Notes under the pieces: model-generated | Database searches by the model: none | What the model saw: the letters and a program-made list of their open reading frames with translations, nothing else | What the model was told of the DNA's origin: nothing | Source: Candidatus Latescibacterota bacterium | Lineage (GTDB): Bacteria; Latescibacterota; UBA2968 | DNA: 64,000 bases | Assembly: GCA_965198115.1 (NCBI GenBank) | Contig: OZ240241.1 | Location: 352,001 to 416,000, forward strand | Direction: 5' to 3' | Made by a program: the position numbers and the translations under genes | Shown: one piece after another, positions 21,112 to 33,307 of the stretch | Numbering within the stretch: the stretch's first letter is position 1 | How the letters are laid out: the number at the start of each line of letters is the position of its first letter

Positions 21112-24100
21112 ATGAGTGGCGGCATTAGTTTCTCGGGCCTGTCATCGGGCATCGATTCGGCGCAGATCATCGAACAGCTGATCGCGATCGATCGACGTCC
21201 GGTCACGATTATCGAGAATCGGAACGCCGAAGAAGAGTTCAAGCTCCAGATTCTTCAGCAGATCAACACCGATCTGCTGTCGGTCAAGACGAGCGCTGAA
21301 TCACTCGCCGATGGTTCGGCGTTCGACGTGTTCAGCGCGACCTCGAGCGACACCGATCTGGTCTCGTCCTCCGTCACCGGTTCTGCGACCTCCGGGTCCG
21401 TCACCGTCGAGGTGCTTGCCCTGGCGCAGTCACAGAGCCGTTCCTCACAGTCCTTTTCCTCCGATACGACAGCGTTGGGTCTGAGCGGCGAGTTTGTGAT
21501 CAACGGGAAGGCCATCACGATCGCCTCGAGTGACACTCTCGTGGACATTCAGGGCGCGATCAACAGCGCCGACGCGGGGGTCCAGGCTCAGCTGCTGCAA
21601 GTCAGCGAAACCGACAACCGGCTCCTTATTACGAGTAACACGGCTGGATCCGAGGGGTTCTCCCTTCGAGATGCCAGCTCGTCGAACGTCCTGCAGTCCC
21701 TCGGGTTCACGAGCGCGAGCACTTCCATCGCCACCCCCGTGACCGGTGGGGGCGCCAAGAGCGATCAGCTGACGAGTGCGACGACAGCGGTCGGAATACT
21801 CCTTGGGCTCGCGTCGAGTCCGAGCGGCACTGTCACCGTCGGTAATCAGACCGTTACGATCGATCTGGCAACCATGTCGCTGACGGACATCAAGGACGCG
21901 ATAGACACGGCTGGCCCTGCGGGCGTGACCACGAGCATCGTCACCGAAGAGGACGAGAACGGGTCGAATGTCTTCCGGCTACAAGTCGCCGGAACAACGA
22001 CGTTCCTCGACAGCAACAACGTCCTGGAAACGATCGGGATTCTCGAGGGTGCCTCCGACGTCTCTGCCGCGGTGGCCGAGGTGCAGACGAGCTCGGTCGC
22101 GAACACGACGAACGGATCGACTCCGATCGATTCGAATGAGAAATTTTCCGATCTGTTTGGGGCCGGTGTCGTGAACGGCGATACTCTCGATATCGGGAAC
22201 AGATCGGGACGGAACCGCTGTGTCGGGGTCTTTTACCGTCACCAACGTGAATTCGGATCGCATTTCCGATCTGCTGACCGAAATCGAGTCGGTCTTCGGA
22301 AACGCCGTGACGGCCGCCGTCGACGCCAACGGACAGATCCAGGTCACCGACGATACCGCCGGCGCGAGCCAGCTGTCGATCAGCCTGAACGAACAACGAA
22401 GGCGGTGGTTCGCTGAACTTCGGGTCCTTTTCGGCGTCGACCGAGGGCCAGAACGCCCAGTCCCGCGAAGTCGTGGCCGGACAGGATGCCACCTTCCGCG
22501 TGAACGGCGTGACGCTAACCCGGACCACGAACAGCGTGTCCGACGCGATCGAAGGATTGAGCATCAACCTGAACAGTGCAAAGGCGGGCTCGATCGCGAC
22601 GATCAACGTTGCGCGAGATACGGCGTCGATTCGGACGTCCGTCCAATCACTGGTGGACAACTACAACACGGCGGCCTCGTTTATCAGCGAGCAGTTCGTG
22701 TTCAACGAAGAGCTGCAGACTTCCGGCCCCCTGTCCGGTGACTCTACGGTGCTCGTCCTTCAGTCCCAGCTTCGCCAGACTGTTTTCAACCCGGTCACGG
22801 GCGTCGACAGCGACAAGAACAGCCTGGCCCTGTTTGGCGTGGCTTTTAACCGCGACGGTCAGCTGGAAATCGACAGCACGCGACTGGACGACGTGCTCGC
22901 CGGCGACCTGACGAGCCTTCGGAATGTCCTGACGGCGAGCGGCACGTCGACGGACAGTGACGTCGAGTTCGTGTTTCAAACCGACAACACGGTGGCAGGC
23001 ACCTACGATGTTCAGATCACGACAGCCCCCGAGCAGGCTGAGGTCACGGGGTCGGTCGACATTTCGAGTGGTCTGGTCAACGCAACAACGATCACGGTCA
23101 CGGATCTGCTGTCGGGCAAATCCGATTCGATCGATCTCGCCATCGGTGACGACACCGATAGTGTTGTCGACAAGCTCAGCACCGTTATGGCATCGAATGT
23201 CGCCGAAGTTCGGACCGGTTCGATCGTGAACACGACCGACGGAGCGACCCCGGTAGACACGAACACGACGTTCGACGGTATCTTCGGTGCGGGTGTTGTT
23301 GCTGGCGACACGATCGACATCCAGGGTGCCACCCACTCGAACGAGACGGTCACGGGCACGTTTACGATCTCCGATCCGACCACGCAAACGATCGGGGACC
23401 TTCTGTCCGACATCCGAAGCACCTTCGGCGCATCCGTTTCAGCCACGGTCGACGCCAACGGGCAGATTGTGGTGACCGACAGTCAGATCGGGAACAGCTC
23501 GCTCACGGTCGTGTTGATCGAACGCAACGAGGGGGGCGGCAGCCTCGACTTCGGGCAGTTCGACCAGACCGAGGAGGGTCGGTTCGCCATGGCGATCACG
23601 GCCTCGAACGACGCGGGCGCCCTCAAGCTGACTTCTGAGGGCTACGGAAACGCGGCCGGCTTCACGATCAGTCAGACGAGTAATGAAACGGGTATCACCG
23701 ACGGCGACTTTCGGGGTGTGGATGTGGTCGGTACGCTCAATGGTGAAACGGCGGCGGGTGTCGGCCGTATTCTGACGGGTGACTCGGGCAATGCGACGAC
23801 CGACGGTCTTGCGGTACGTGTTACGCTCACGCCCGCGCAGCTGATCGCTCAGGGGCAGGATCAGGGCTCGATCCAAATCATTCAGGGCGTGGCCGACCAG
23901 CTAAGACGTTCACTCGAGGCGATCACGGATCCGTTCGAAGGGCTCGTCGCCACACGACAACAGGCGATCGAGGACACGATTGAGTCGAATGACGCACAGA
24001 TCCTGGCGCTCGAGGAGCGGTTGGAACTCAAGCGCTCGACACTACAACGACAGTTCACAGCCATGGAAACAGCGATCGCTCAGCTCAACCAGCTTGGCTC

Positions 24101-24152
24101 GTTCCTCGGGGCGCAGCTCGCCGGACTGGCGGGCACGACGGCAGGAAGCTGA
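21112..24152 (+). pseudogene. fliD: flagellar cap FliD, very long (~1010 aa), frameshifts ~22193 and ~22398
   Basis: ISFSGLSSGIDS..IIEQL N-terminus; GQDA.F.VNG.....TN.VSDAIEG and L.RQFTAME..I..L C-terminal motifs. Confidence 0.9.
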
Positions 24153-24181
24153 GGACCATCCCGTAGACACCACCCTTTTGT

Positions 24182-24812
24182 GTCATGACCTCCGGCAAAG
24201 CCGGAGGCTTGAAAACTTGTGAACCGCTCAAAGCGGTTGGAAACCAAGCGCCACCTAAAGGTGGCGATTACCTGAAAATGTTGAGCTGGTCGAGACGCCG
24301 GTCCTCCCGCTCCTGGTTCTGGATATACTCCCGAACCGTCTGTTCATCCTTGCCAACGGTGGAGACCCAGTAGCCTCTTGCCCAGAAATGCTGCCCGGTG
24401 AAGTTCGACCTAACCTACGTCCCAGATAGTTCCGAGCAATGTGAATCGCACTCTTTCCTTTGATGAACCCTACCGTCTGAGCTACTGAGTGCTTCGGCGG
24501 GATCGAAATCAACGTGTGCACATGGTCGGATCGCAGGTGACCCTCTTCCACACGGCATTCCTTCTGTGCGGCCAGATCCCGAATCACCTCCCAGATAGCG
24601 ACGAATTTCACCATACAACACTTTTCTACGATACTTCCGAACCCAAACAACGTCATACTTGCACTCCCATACCGTGTGACGTAGACTCCTTACGTTGTTC
24701 ATTAGAGAGCCTTCCTTCCGTGTGCTTTGAGCGGTCCACGGCAAGGGAGGCTCTTACATATTTCTGGAACTGTCAAACTCTGGGAGTCTCCCCGGCAGAG
24801 CCGGGGGCTTAC
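24182..24812 (-). mobile_element. tnpA: IS200/IS605-family element, tnpA (24255-24702) frameshifted
   Basis: WECKY.VVW..KYRRK, DHVH (HUH), GFIKGKSA, HFWARGY..STVG motifs; subterminal hairpins CCTCCGGCAAAGCCGGAGG and CCCCGGCAGAGCCGGGG; ends approximate. Confidence 0.88.
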
Positions 24813-24833
24813 CAAGGTTTAGTTAGAGGAGCT

Positions 24834-24893
24834 ATGAACCATCCCAACAGATACGGCCAATACAAGCAGGTGCAGATCAACACGGCTTCGCCC
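24834..24893 (+). pseudogene. fliS: 5' stub of flagellin chaperone fliS cut by IS256
   Basis: SD GAGGAG then MNHPNRYGQYKQVQINTASP (FliS Y....V.TASP motif), in the expected position after fliD. Confidence 0.75.
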
Positions 24894-26281
24894 GGTCAAG
24901 TCCCATAGTCAGTTGAAAACTCATCGGGCCCCGTAGTTTGGTCAGGCTCTCTTTTGAGCATTCTGTTCGTTGTCGAGATTCAGATCTTTGTTCAGTGCTT
25001 GCCTGAGTAGGGGAAGATGTTTGTATCCGCTCACGCGTCGCAGGCGAGGTTCGATGTCGAGGAGTGCGGCAGCCACCCATCTGTGTCTCTGGGGAGAGTT
25101 GTTCCAGCGTCTGACCTTCCGAGTGAGCTCGCCGGTCCTGCTGTTGAGGGCTTCGATGCAGTTGGTGGTTCGGAAGCTTCGTTTCAAGAATGGGAGCATA
25201 CCCAGCCGGTGGAGGGTCAGGGTTTCCTCCAGGCCTTCCTCGAGGCTCGTTACGGCAGACTGATTCATCAGCTTCAGTTCGGGTTTAAGTGATTCGAGTG
25301 CGGCCTTTGCCTCCTCGTAGGTGTCGCAGTCATAGGCTTTCTGGAGCTTCCGTCGAACTCTTGGACGTTCCCTCTCCGGGAGATAGCTGACGACATTCTC
25401 GCGCTTGTGCCACTGACAGCGATGCACGCGCACATACCCTTTGAGGGCTTTGGTGACAGCACTGCGGAGTCCCTTTGAGCCGTCAAGCACAACGAGAAGG
25501 CCCTGGTCGTAGCACAGGCCTCTCCGGATGAGGTCCTGGACCAGCTGGCGGCAGATCCGTTCGTTCTCCGTCGCCGATTCGACGAAGCCCAGGGGGATCT
25601 TCTGGCCGTCCATCGTGACCCCCAGAGCGATCACGATCTCTTCGTCGGCAAAGCTCTTTCCGTCAATGAACAGGGTCACGAAGCCGTAGTCGTCGAGGGG
25701 ACGCTCCTGGAACTGCTTCAGCTTCTTCGCGGTGGCTTTGATGAACCGCCGCGAGACGGAGGACGCTGAGATACCAAACGCTTCTGGAACCGATTCGGCA
25801 CAGGCCTTGTAGTTGCGGCACGAGATCCCCTTGAGAACACGAAGCAACAGCCCCTCGTCCGTCTTCTTGGGCGTCTGTAGAGCCCGGTATGCAGCCAGGG
25901 AAACCTCTGCGTCGGCCTCGACGTCGCGCACCCGGGGAACGTCTAACGGGAGCTTCTGGTCCATCAGATACACGGATCCCTTCTGGCTTCCCCACCGACG
26001 ATGCGCCTGCTCCGAACCTTTGCGCGCATACCGAACGCCTGCGAGCTGCTCGACCTCCTGCTGGAGGAGGTCTGCCACTGCCTCCAGACCCAACGGGATC
26101 AACGCCTGGATCACCGACAAACGCGTCTCCAAATCGATGACATCGCCCTCAACCTTGACTTCACCATCGCCTACAAATAGCTTCTCCATCTGGGCTCCTT
26201 TCTTACGGGTATACGCTCCTACACGTCTACCCAACGTAAGTTTGGAGCCCTCTAAGTTTCAACTACGATAGGCACAACACC
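24894..26281 (-). mobile_element. IS256-family element type A, intact transposase 24942-26189
   Basis: LFIDGK, LDGSKGL, HRCQWHKRENV, FRTTNCIEALNS; 25-bp imperfect IRs (GGT...AGTTGAAA); no target duplication. Confidence 0.92.
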
Positions 26282-27623
26282 TATATCTCCGAGCAAGAGT
26301 GTGAGCTTTCCAGCGCTCGTAATCGACGTCCTGGTGTGACTCCAAAGCGTCTATTTGTAAGTCAAGATCATCCAGGACACGCTCAATTGAGTTGACTTGC
26401 ATCTGCTCTCGCTCACGTCGATCCGGGCCAAGCGCTCCGTCTCGGCGTTGTTCGGCCTCGACTAACCGTCGGCGATGTTTCTCGCGTGTTCGTTTGAGAA
26501 CCAAAACCCTGTCGGCGACGTACTGGTCGAGCTGATCTATTGCTCTGCAGAAGGTCTCCTGCTCAGCATCGCCAGCAGCTGACTGATCTATAAAGACCTC
26601 CTCGTCCACCACCTCGTCCAGGTGGATCGGACTGATAGTTACTGGCGGAGTCATTTCGTCGACGTCTTCGCACCTCTGCTTTAGTAACTCGGCTGCCGCT
26701 TCTGCTGGACGCAGCACTTCCTCATTTTCGAAAATAACCGTTACAATCAGCCGGTCCTCCCGCTCGAAACCACGGCTCATCACCTTAGTCAATGCGAGCC
26801 GTCCCCGGTCTCCCCGGCGGTTGCGCAGGGCCTCTGGTGCATCGTTGCTGAGCAGGAACCGAACGTGGAACGTGCCTGCGCCCGTTTCGCGTGCTTCTGC
26901 CACGGATGCTTCGATCAATGGGTGCGAGGGGTGGAGCGACTCATTGTCAGTTAGGTCGTGGGCTGGCCCGAGGGTGACCGACCCGCCGTCCGCCATCATA
27001 CCCGGAAATTGAGCCGACGCACCAACGTGGACAATGCGTTTCCCGTCTCGGTCCGCAACCCCCCAGGACACGCCAACCGCATCGAGATACCCGGTCAAAA
27101 CACGTTCGAGATCTCCGTCAAGTTCGGCAAGCGTTGACGGGAGTTCGGATTGGATATTCCGGAACACGTCTTTGACGGAGTCGTCGAAACCGGTTTCGAT
27201 CAGCCCATTGGTCCGCTCGCGAACCCGTTCAAGCTCCATTCGGCGGTCTTCCATTGTGTCGCGTAGCTGCCGAAGCTCCTCTTCCACCTCCTGCACTGAG
27301 CGAGCTCGGTCCCAAATCCGACGAAGTTCGGATTCGAAGTTGGGACCAAGGGCCGAAGCCAAGCTCGCCGAAGAGTCCGAGCGGGGCGTTTGCAGTACTA
27401 CGTCTGAGCTGTCAAGCACCTGCCCGAACAGATCGAGCTTGGTGCTGAGGATTTCGAATGTGAGACGCTGCGCTTCATTGTCTTTTGCGAGGAAGTTGAT
27501 AACTGTAACATCTCGCCTCTGACCATATCGGTGGCAACGTCCAATCCGTTGCTCGATTCGCTGTGGATTCCAGGGCAGATCGTAATTAATCAGGGTGTCA
27601 CAGAATTGTAGGTTCAGTCCCTT
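26282..27623 (-). pseudogene. C-terminal fragment of a SNF2/SF2 helicase, truncated at both ends by IS
   Basis: Minus frame reads KGLNLQFCDTLINYDLPWNPQRIEQRIGRCHRYGQ (helicase motifs V-VI) and continues into ORF 26259-27419. Confidence 0.85.
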
Positions 27624-27642
27624 AGGGTTCGCGAATAAATAA

Positions 27643-29062
27643 GGCTCTATCCGGGTTTCTCAACGGTGAAACTATAGAATGACAAGGTCATAGATCGTTC
27701 CCTACGCTTGGTTGTGTGTGTAGGACAATCAAAGCGAAGGGGGTGCGACCTATGACCGGGAGCAGATTACTATCGAAACTGCTGAGATTCAAGGGGTTCC
27801 GTGTTGTCAGCTGGTGGTTTGAGGGGAGAAGCTGTTTCGTCATCGCCGTAAAGCCACATAAGAATGGTTGTTGTTGTCCGGAGTGCGGCCGTCGAGGTAA
27901 AATCGTCCGCACAATGCCCCATCCGCGTCGGTGGCGTGACATTCCGGTGTGCGGGTGGAGGGTCTGGCTTCTCTACCATCCTCGGGAGATTCGGTGTCCT
28001 ACCCACGGTCGTGTGGTCGAGGAGATTCCGTGGGCGGAGCGGTTCTCTCGGGTGACGTATCGCTTCGAGTATGCCATGCTGCGCTACTGCCAGACCATGA
28101 CGCAGAAGGCGGCGTCCGAGTTGCTGCGCATCTCTGCCTCGACGCTGTCGGATCTCCTTCACCGATCCATCACGCGGCTTCGTGAAGGTCATCGTATCCG
28201 AGGGCTCAAAACCATCGGGATCGACGAGATCTCCTACGCCAAGCGTCACAGGTACGCCACGCTCGTTTACGATCTGGACCGCTCCTGCGTGGTGTGGGTT
28301 GGCCGCGGCAGGGCGCGTAAAACGATCGATCGGTTCTTCACAGAGGCTCTCAGTCCCTACCAGAGATCCAAGATCGAGTGGGCCTGCTGCGACATGAGCG
28401 AAGCTTACATCGGAGCCATCCAGGAACACTGTCCGAATGCCAAGCTGGTCCTCGATCGCTTTCACATCGTCAAGGCTCTCAATGCCGCCGTTGACGAGGT
28501 CCGTAAGGACCAGTGGCGTAAAGCTGCCCCGGATGAGCGCAAAGCCATGAAGGGCCTCCGATGGCTCCTCTACCGGCACTCAGCGACACGCTCCAGAGGG
28601 GATACTCGGACACTCAAAGCACTGGAGAAGGCGAACTACCGAATCTATAGAGCCTGGAGACTCAAGGACGAGTTCGAGCAGTTCTGGGAATACAAAGCGC
28701 CCTGGGCTGCCGAACGCTTCCTGAAATGCTGGACGACGTCCGCACTAAGAAGTCGACTTGAACCCCTGCGAAAGTTCGTCAGGACCCTGCGACAGCACTT
28801 CTTCGGCGTCCTCGCATTCGTGAACACGCGTCTTACCAACGCCATCGCCGAAGGCCTCAACCGAATCGTCCAAATCGTCAAGAACCGAGCCAGCGGATTC
28901 CGCACACTCGACGCATTCAACGATATGATCTTCCTTACCGTCGGAGACATAAACATCCCTGAGCAGATTCCGAAGAGGTTCCGCACACGCTAACCGCGCC
29001 CCCATGCCAGGAACCACGGCACCTTCACCCACTTCATCTCGTTGAGAGATCCGGATATAGCC
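27643..29062 (+). mobile_element. ISL3-family element copy 1 (1420 bp; transposase ~27752-28993)
   Basis: GGCTCTATCCGG...CCGGATATAGCC IRs; CPECG zinc finger, IGIDE, CDMS..Y, LDRFHI, TNAIAEGLN. Confidence 0.95.
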
Positions 29063-29071
29063 CTTTTTTAT

Positions 29072-30491
29072 GGCTCTATCCGGGTTTCTCAACGGTGAAA
29101 CTATAGAATGACAAGGTCATAGATCGTTCCCTACGCTTGGTTGTGTGTGTAGGACAATCAAAGCGAAGGGGGTGCGACCTATGACCGGGAGCAGATTACT
29201 ATCGAAACTGCTGAAATTCAAGGGGTTCCGTGTTGTCAGCTGGTGGTTTGAGGGGAGAAGCTGCTTCGTCATCGCCGTAAAGCCACATAAGAATGGTTGT
29301 TGTTGTCCGGAGTGCGGCCGTCGAGGTAAAATCGTCCGCACAATGCCCCATCCGCGTCGGTGGCGTGACATTCCGGTGTGCGGGTGGAGGGTCTGGCTTC
29401 TCTACCATCCTCGGGAGATTCGGTGTCCTACCCACGGTCGTGTGGTCGAGGAGATTCCGTGGGCGGAGCGGTTCTCTCGGGTGACGTATCGCTTCGAGTA
29501 TGCCATGCTGCGCTACTGCCAGACCATGACGCAGAAGGCGGCGTCCGAGTTACTGCGCATCTCTGCCTCGACGCTGTCGGATCTCCTTCACCGATCCATC
29601 ACGCGGCTTCGTGAAGGTCATCGTATCCGAGGGCTCAAAACCATCGGGATCGACGAGATCTCCTACGCCAAGCGTCACAGGTACGCCACGCTCGTTTACG
29701 ATCTGGACCGCTCCTGCGTGGTGTGGGTTGGCCGCGGCAGGGCGCGTAAAACGATCGATCAGTTCTTCACAGAGGCTCTCAGTCCCTACCGGAGATCCAA
29801 GATCGAGTGGGCCTGCTGCGACATGAGCGAAGCTTACATCGGAGCCATCCAGGAACACTGTCCGAATGCCAAGCTGGTCCTCGATCGCTTTCACATCGTC
29901 AAGGCTCTCAATGCCGCCGTTGACGAGGTCCGTAAGGACCAGTGGCGTAAAGCTGCCCCGGATGAGCGCAAAGCCATGAAGGGCCTCCGATGGCTCCTCT
30001 ACCGGCACTCAGCGACACGCTCCAGAGGGGATACTCGGACACTCGAAGCACTGGAGAAGGCGAACTACCGAATCTATAGAGCCTGGAGACTCAAGGACGA
30101 GTTCGAGCAGTTCTGGGAATACAAAGCGCCCTGGGCTGCCGAACGCTTCCTGAAATGCTGGACGACGTCCGCACTCAGAAGTCGACTTGAACCCCTGCGA
30201 AAGTTCGTCAGGACCCTGCGACAGCACTTCTTCGGCGTCCTCGCATTCGTGAACACGCGTCTTACCAACGCCATCGCCGAAGGCCTCAACCGAATCGTCC
30301 AAATCGTCAAGAACCGAGCCAGCGGATTCCGCACACTCGACGCATTCAACGATATGATCTTCCTTACCGTCGGAGACATAAACATCCCTGAGCAGATTCC
30401 GAAGAGGTTCCGCACACTCTAACCGCGCCCCCATGCCAGGAACCACGGCACCTTCACCCACTTCAGCTCGTTGAGAGATCCGGATATAGCC
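29072..30491 (+). mobile_element. ISL3-family element copy 2, inserted in an IS1380 terminus
   Basis: Near-identical to copy 1; 8-bp TSD TTTTTTAT (29064-71 / 30492-99). Confidence 0.95.
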
Positions 30492-30511
30492 TTTTTTATG
30501 CATAATTCAGG
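30492..30511 (-). mobile_element. remnant terminal repeat of IS1380
   Basis: TTTTTTATGCATAATTCAGG is identical to the IS1380 end at ~63170-63189. Confidence 0.8.
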
Positions 30512-30514
30512 CTA

Positions 30515-33060
30515 GTGTCACGTCCCAGGAATAACTAGAAAAATATTCGATTCTGTCGTATGGTTCCTCAAGCACTCATTCTTGGGAGGAACCGATGGCT
30601 AGAGGTCGTCCGTTACAGCCACTGAACATCAGTGGAGCTCAGGTCAATAGGTGTGTAAAAGAAATCAGGCGGCCATCTTCCCGGCTTCGACCTGCGGTCC
30701 GGTTGAGTGTTTCTGATCGTAGACTTGTTGTAGCAAGTGTGGCGCGGTGAGTTTCCTGAATCGGCTCTCTGCGACCTTGAGCGTACGCCAGATGAGAGCC
30801 GTGGCGTTCCTGACTTTCTTGAATCGCCTGGCGGCGTTTGTGCGAAGCCGAACGGAAGCAAAGGGGCTCTCGACGACGTTCGTGGTTCTCAGGTGTTTCC
30901 AGTGTTCCTTCGGGAAGTCGTAGAACGTGACCATCCGATCCCAGTTTCTTTCGAGCGTCTCCACGGCGGCAGGGAACTGTGAGCGATACCGTGCGGCAAA
31001 GCGTTTCCGGAGCTTCTCGGCCTCCTTTTTCGTGCCGGCATAGGGGATCTGGACGAGCAGTGCGCGGGCTTCAGCCTGTGCACGCTTGGCGACCTTGTCG
31101 AGCACGTTGAGGATCTTGTGGTTCCAGCACCGTTGTTGCCGGCTCTCTGGCCAGACCTGATCAACGGCCGCCCAGATGCCCATATTCCCGTCCGCGGCGA
31201 TCAGGACAGGATGTTCGAGCCCGCGATCCCGGAGATCCCGGAGCACCGTGAGCCAGGATTCTGTAGACTCGATAACCGGGTTCTATCGCCAGGATCTCCT
31301 TGCTGCCGTCGCTCATCGCGCCGATCACGACCAGCAGACACGCCTTCTCGCGCTCGAGCCCGGCTTTGACGTAGATGCCATCAGCCCAGGCGTAGACCAG
31401 TTCGCGATTATCCAGACGCCTTTCTTTCCAGTCCTGGAAGTCGACCTCCCACTTCCCTCGAAGACGAGCGATCGAGGTCGGCGAAAGCGGCGCGCCATCA
31501 CCGAGCAGCGCACGCAAAGACAACTCGAAGTCGCCCTGGGAGAGACCGTGGAGATAAAGGTCGGGAAGCAGATCTCCAATGGCCCTGGTTCTCCGGGCGA
31601 ACAGGAGGAGGATGCGGCTTTCAAACCGCTCTTCCAGACCACGAACCCGGGGACGCCGGACCTTGATCGTTCCGCAGCTCGTCGAGAGACGCCGGGGCTT
31701 GCCGTAGCCGTTCCTGTAGCCCGTGGAGCTATCGACCTCGGCTCGGCGCTCATACCACGACCGGCCCAAGAACGCGGTCGCCTCCTCCTCCAGAATGGAC
31801 TGGAACCGGCCCTGGATCTCTTCACGGATCCAATCGTCAACCGTCTCCCACGTCGGCATGGACTTCAATGGGGCTCTATGCGTATGTTCCTTCACGGCGA
31901 TCCTCCTTCCCAACCGGGCCTCTCACCCGGTTTTGTGTGAATCAACTATCTCACGGGAAGGGTAGGGTCGCCCTTTCTCTTTTTCCACACCTTTTGATTA
32001 TAGCTCCATCAGTGATGAGGTCCACGATCAACTCGAGTCATTGTCTCGTTCGCGTAGCATGTCTCACGCTTTGGTGCGTCGCGCGAAGATCGTCTTGATG
32101 AGCGATTGCGGTCTGACCAATCAGGAGATCGCGGAACGAGTCGGGTTGTCCGGAGCGTCTGTCGGCAAGTGGCGTCGTCGCTTCTGCGAGCAAGGCTTGA
32201 TGGGACTGTATGACGAATTGCGTCCTGGAGGGCCACGGTCGGTCAGCGACGAAGAGATCTCCTCCCTCATCTACAAGACGCTCAAGAAGCAACCGAAGGG
32301 TGCCACCCACTGGACCTGTCGTTCGATGGCCGACGAGACGGGGCTCTCCAAGTCCTCGGTTCAACGTGTATGGAAAGCTTTTGGACTGCAACCGCATCGA
32401 CAGAAGCACTTCAAACTGTCGAACGATCCCTTCTTCGTCGAGAAAGTCAGGGATATCGTCGGTCTATACCTGAACCCACCGGACAACGCGATGGTGCTCT
32501 GTGTAGACGAGAAGAGCCAGATTCAAGCACTCGAACGGACACAACCGATTCTTCCTTTGGGTCTCGGATACGTCGAGGGCGTCACTCACAGCTATATCCG
32601 GAACGGCACGACCACCCTCTTTGCAGCGCTCAACATCGCATCCGGCAAAGTTCTGACTCAGTGCAAGCCCAGACACCGCAACAAAGAGTTCCTTCAGTTC
32701 CTCAAGCACATCGACAAGAACGTCCCAAAGGATCTCGACATCCATCTGGTCGTCGATAATTACGGCACGCACAAGCACCCGAACGTCAAGCGTTGGCTCG
32801 CCTCACGGAAACGATATCACGTGCACTACACACCAACATATGCCTCCTGGCTGAACCAGGTAGAGATCTGGTTCGGTATCATCACCCAAAGAGCCATTCG
32901 ACGAGGCACCTTCAGAAGCGTCAAGGACCTGATCGCCTGCATCAAGAAATTCACTGATCACTACAACGAGAATTCTACACCCTTCGTCTGGACCGCCACG
33001 GCAGATTCAATCCTCGAGAAAGTCCATAAACTTTTGAAGCTTATACGCGGGACGTGACAC
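30515..33060 (+). mobile_element. IS630-family element 2, transposase (30595-33057) interrupted by IS256 type B
   Basis: GTGTCACGTCCC/GGGACGTGACAC IRs with TA flanks; removing the insert restores MARGRPLQPLNISDEVHDQL..; CVDEKSQIQ, DNYGTH, WLNQVE. Confidence 0.93.
30635..32006 (-). mobile_element. IS256-family type B copy A (1372 bp, frameshifted transposase)
   Basis: 8-bp TSD CATCAGTG; RNGYG, WADGIY, QRCWNHK, LRTTNVVES motifs. Confidence 0.93.
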
Positions 33061-33062
33061 TA

Positions 33063-33250
33063 GTGGCCTGTTACGTAATCGCCCTTAAAATCAGAAGAGC
33101 AGGGTCACTTCGAGCCCTTCGTCAGGCTCAGAATAAACTCCGTCGAGAAGTCCCTATTCGCGATTCGTAATGGGCGTGTTCTCGACTACGCTCGAACTGA
33201 CGCCGCTCAGTCTGGCAGCAAAAGTCCAGTACTACTTCGTGACAGGCCAC
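33063..33250. mobile_element. MITE-like non-coding element with an internal REP-type palindrome
   Basis: Terminal IRs GTGGCCTGT(T/C)ACG with CTAG at both ends; internal GTCA..CGAG.....CTCGACTACGCTCGAACTGAC; no ORF. Confidence 0.7.
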
Positions 33251-33307
33251 TAGTTCTTCTTCGTGGGGCTGAAAAGTGACTCAAAGAGCAGTGATTCAAT
33301 TCAGTTC

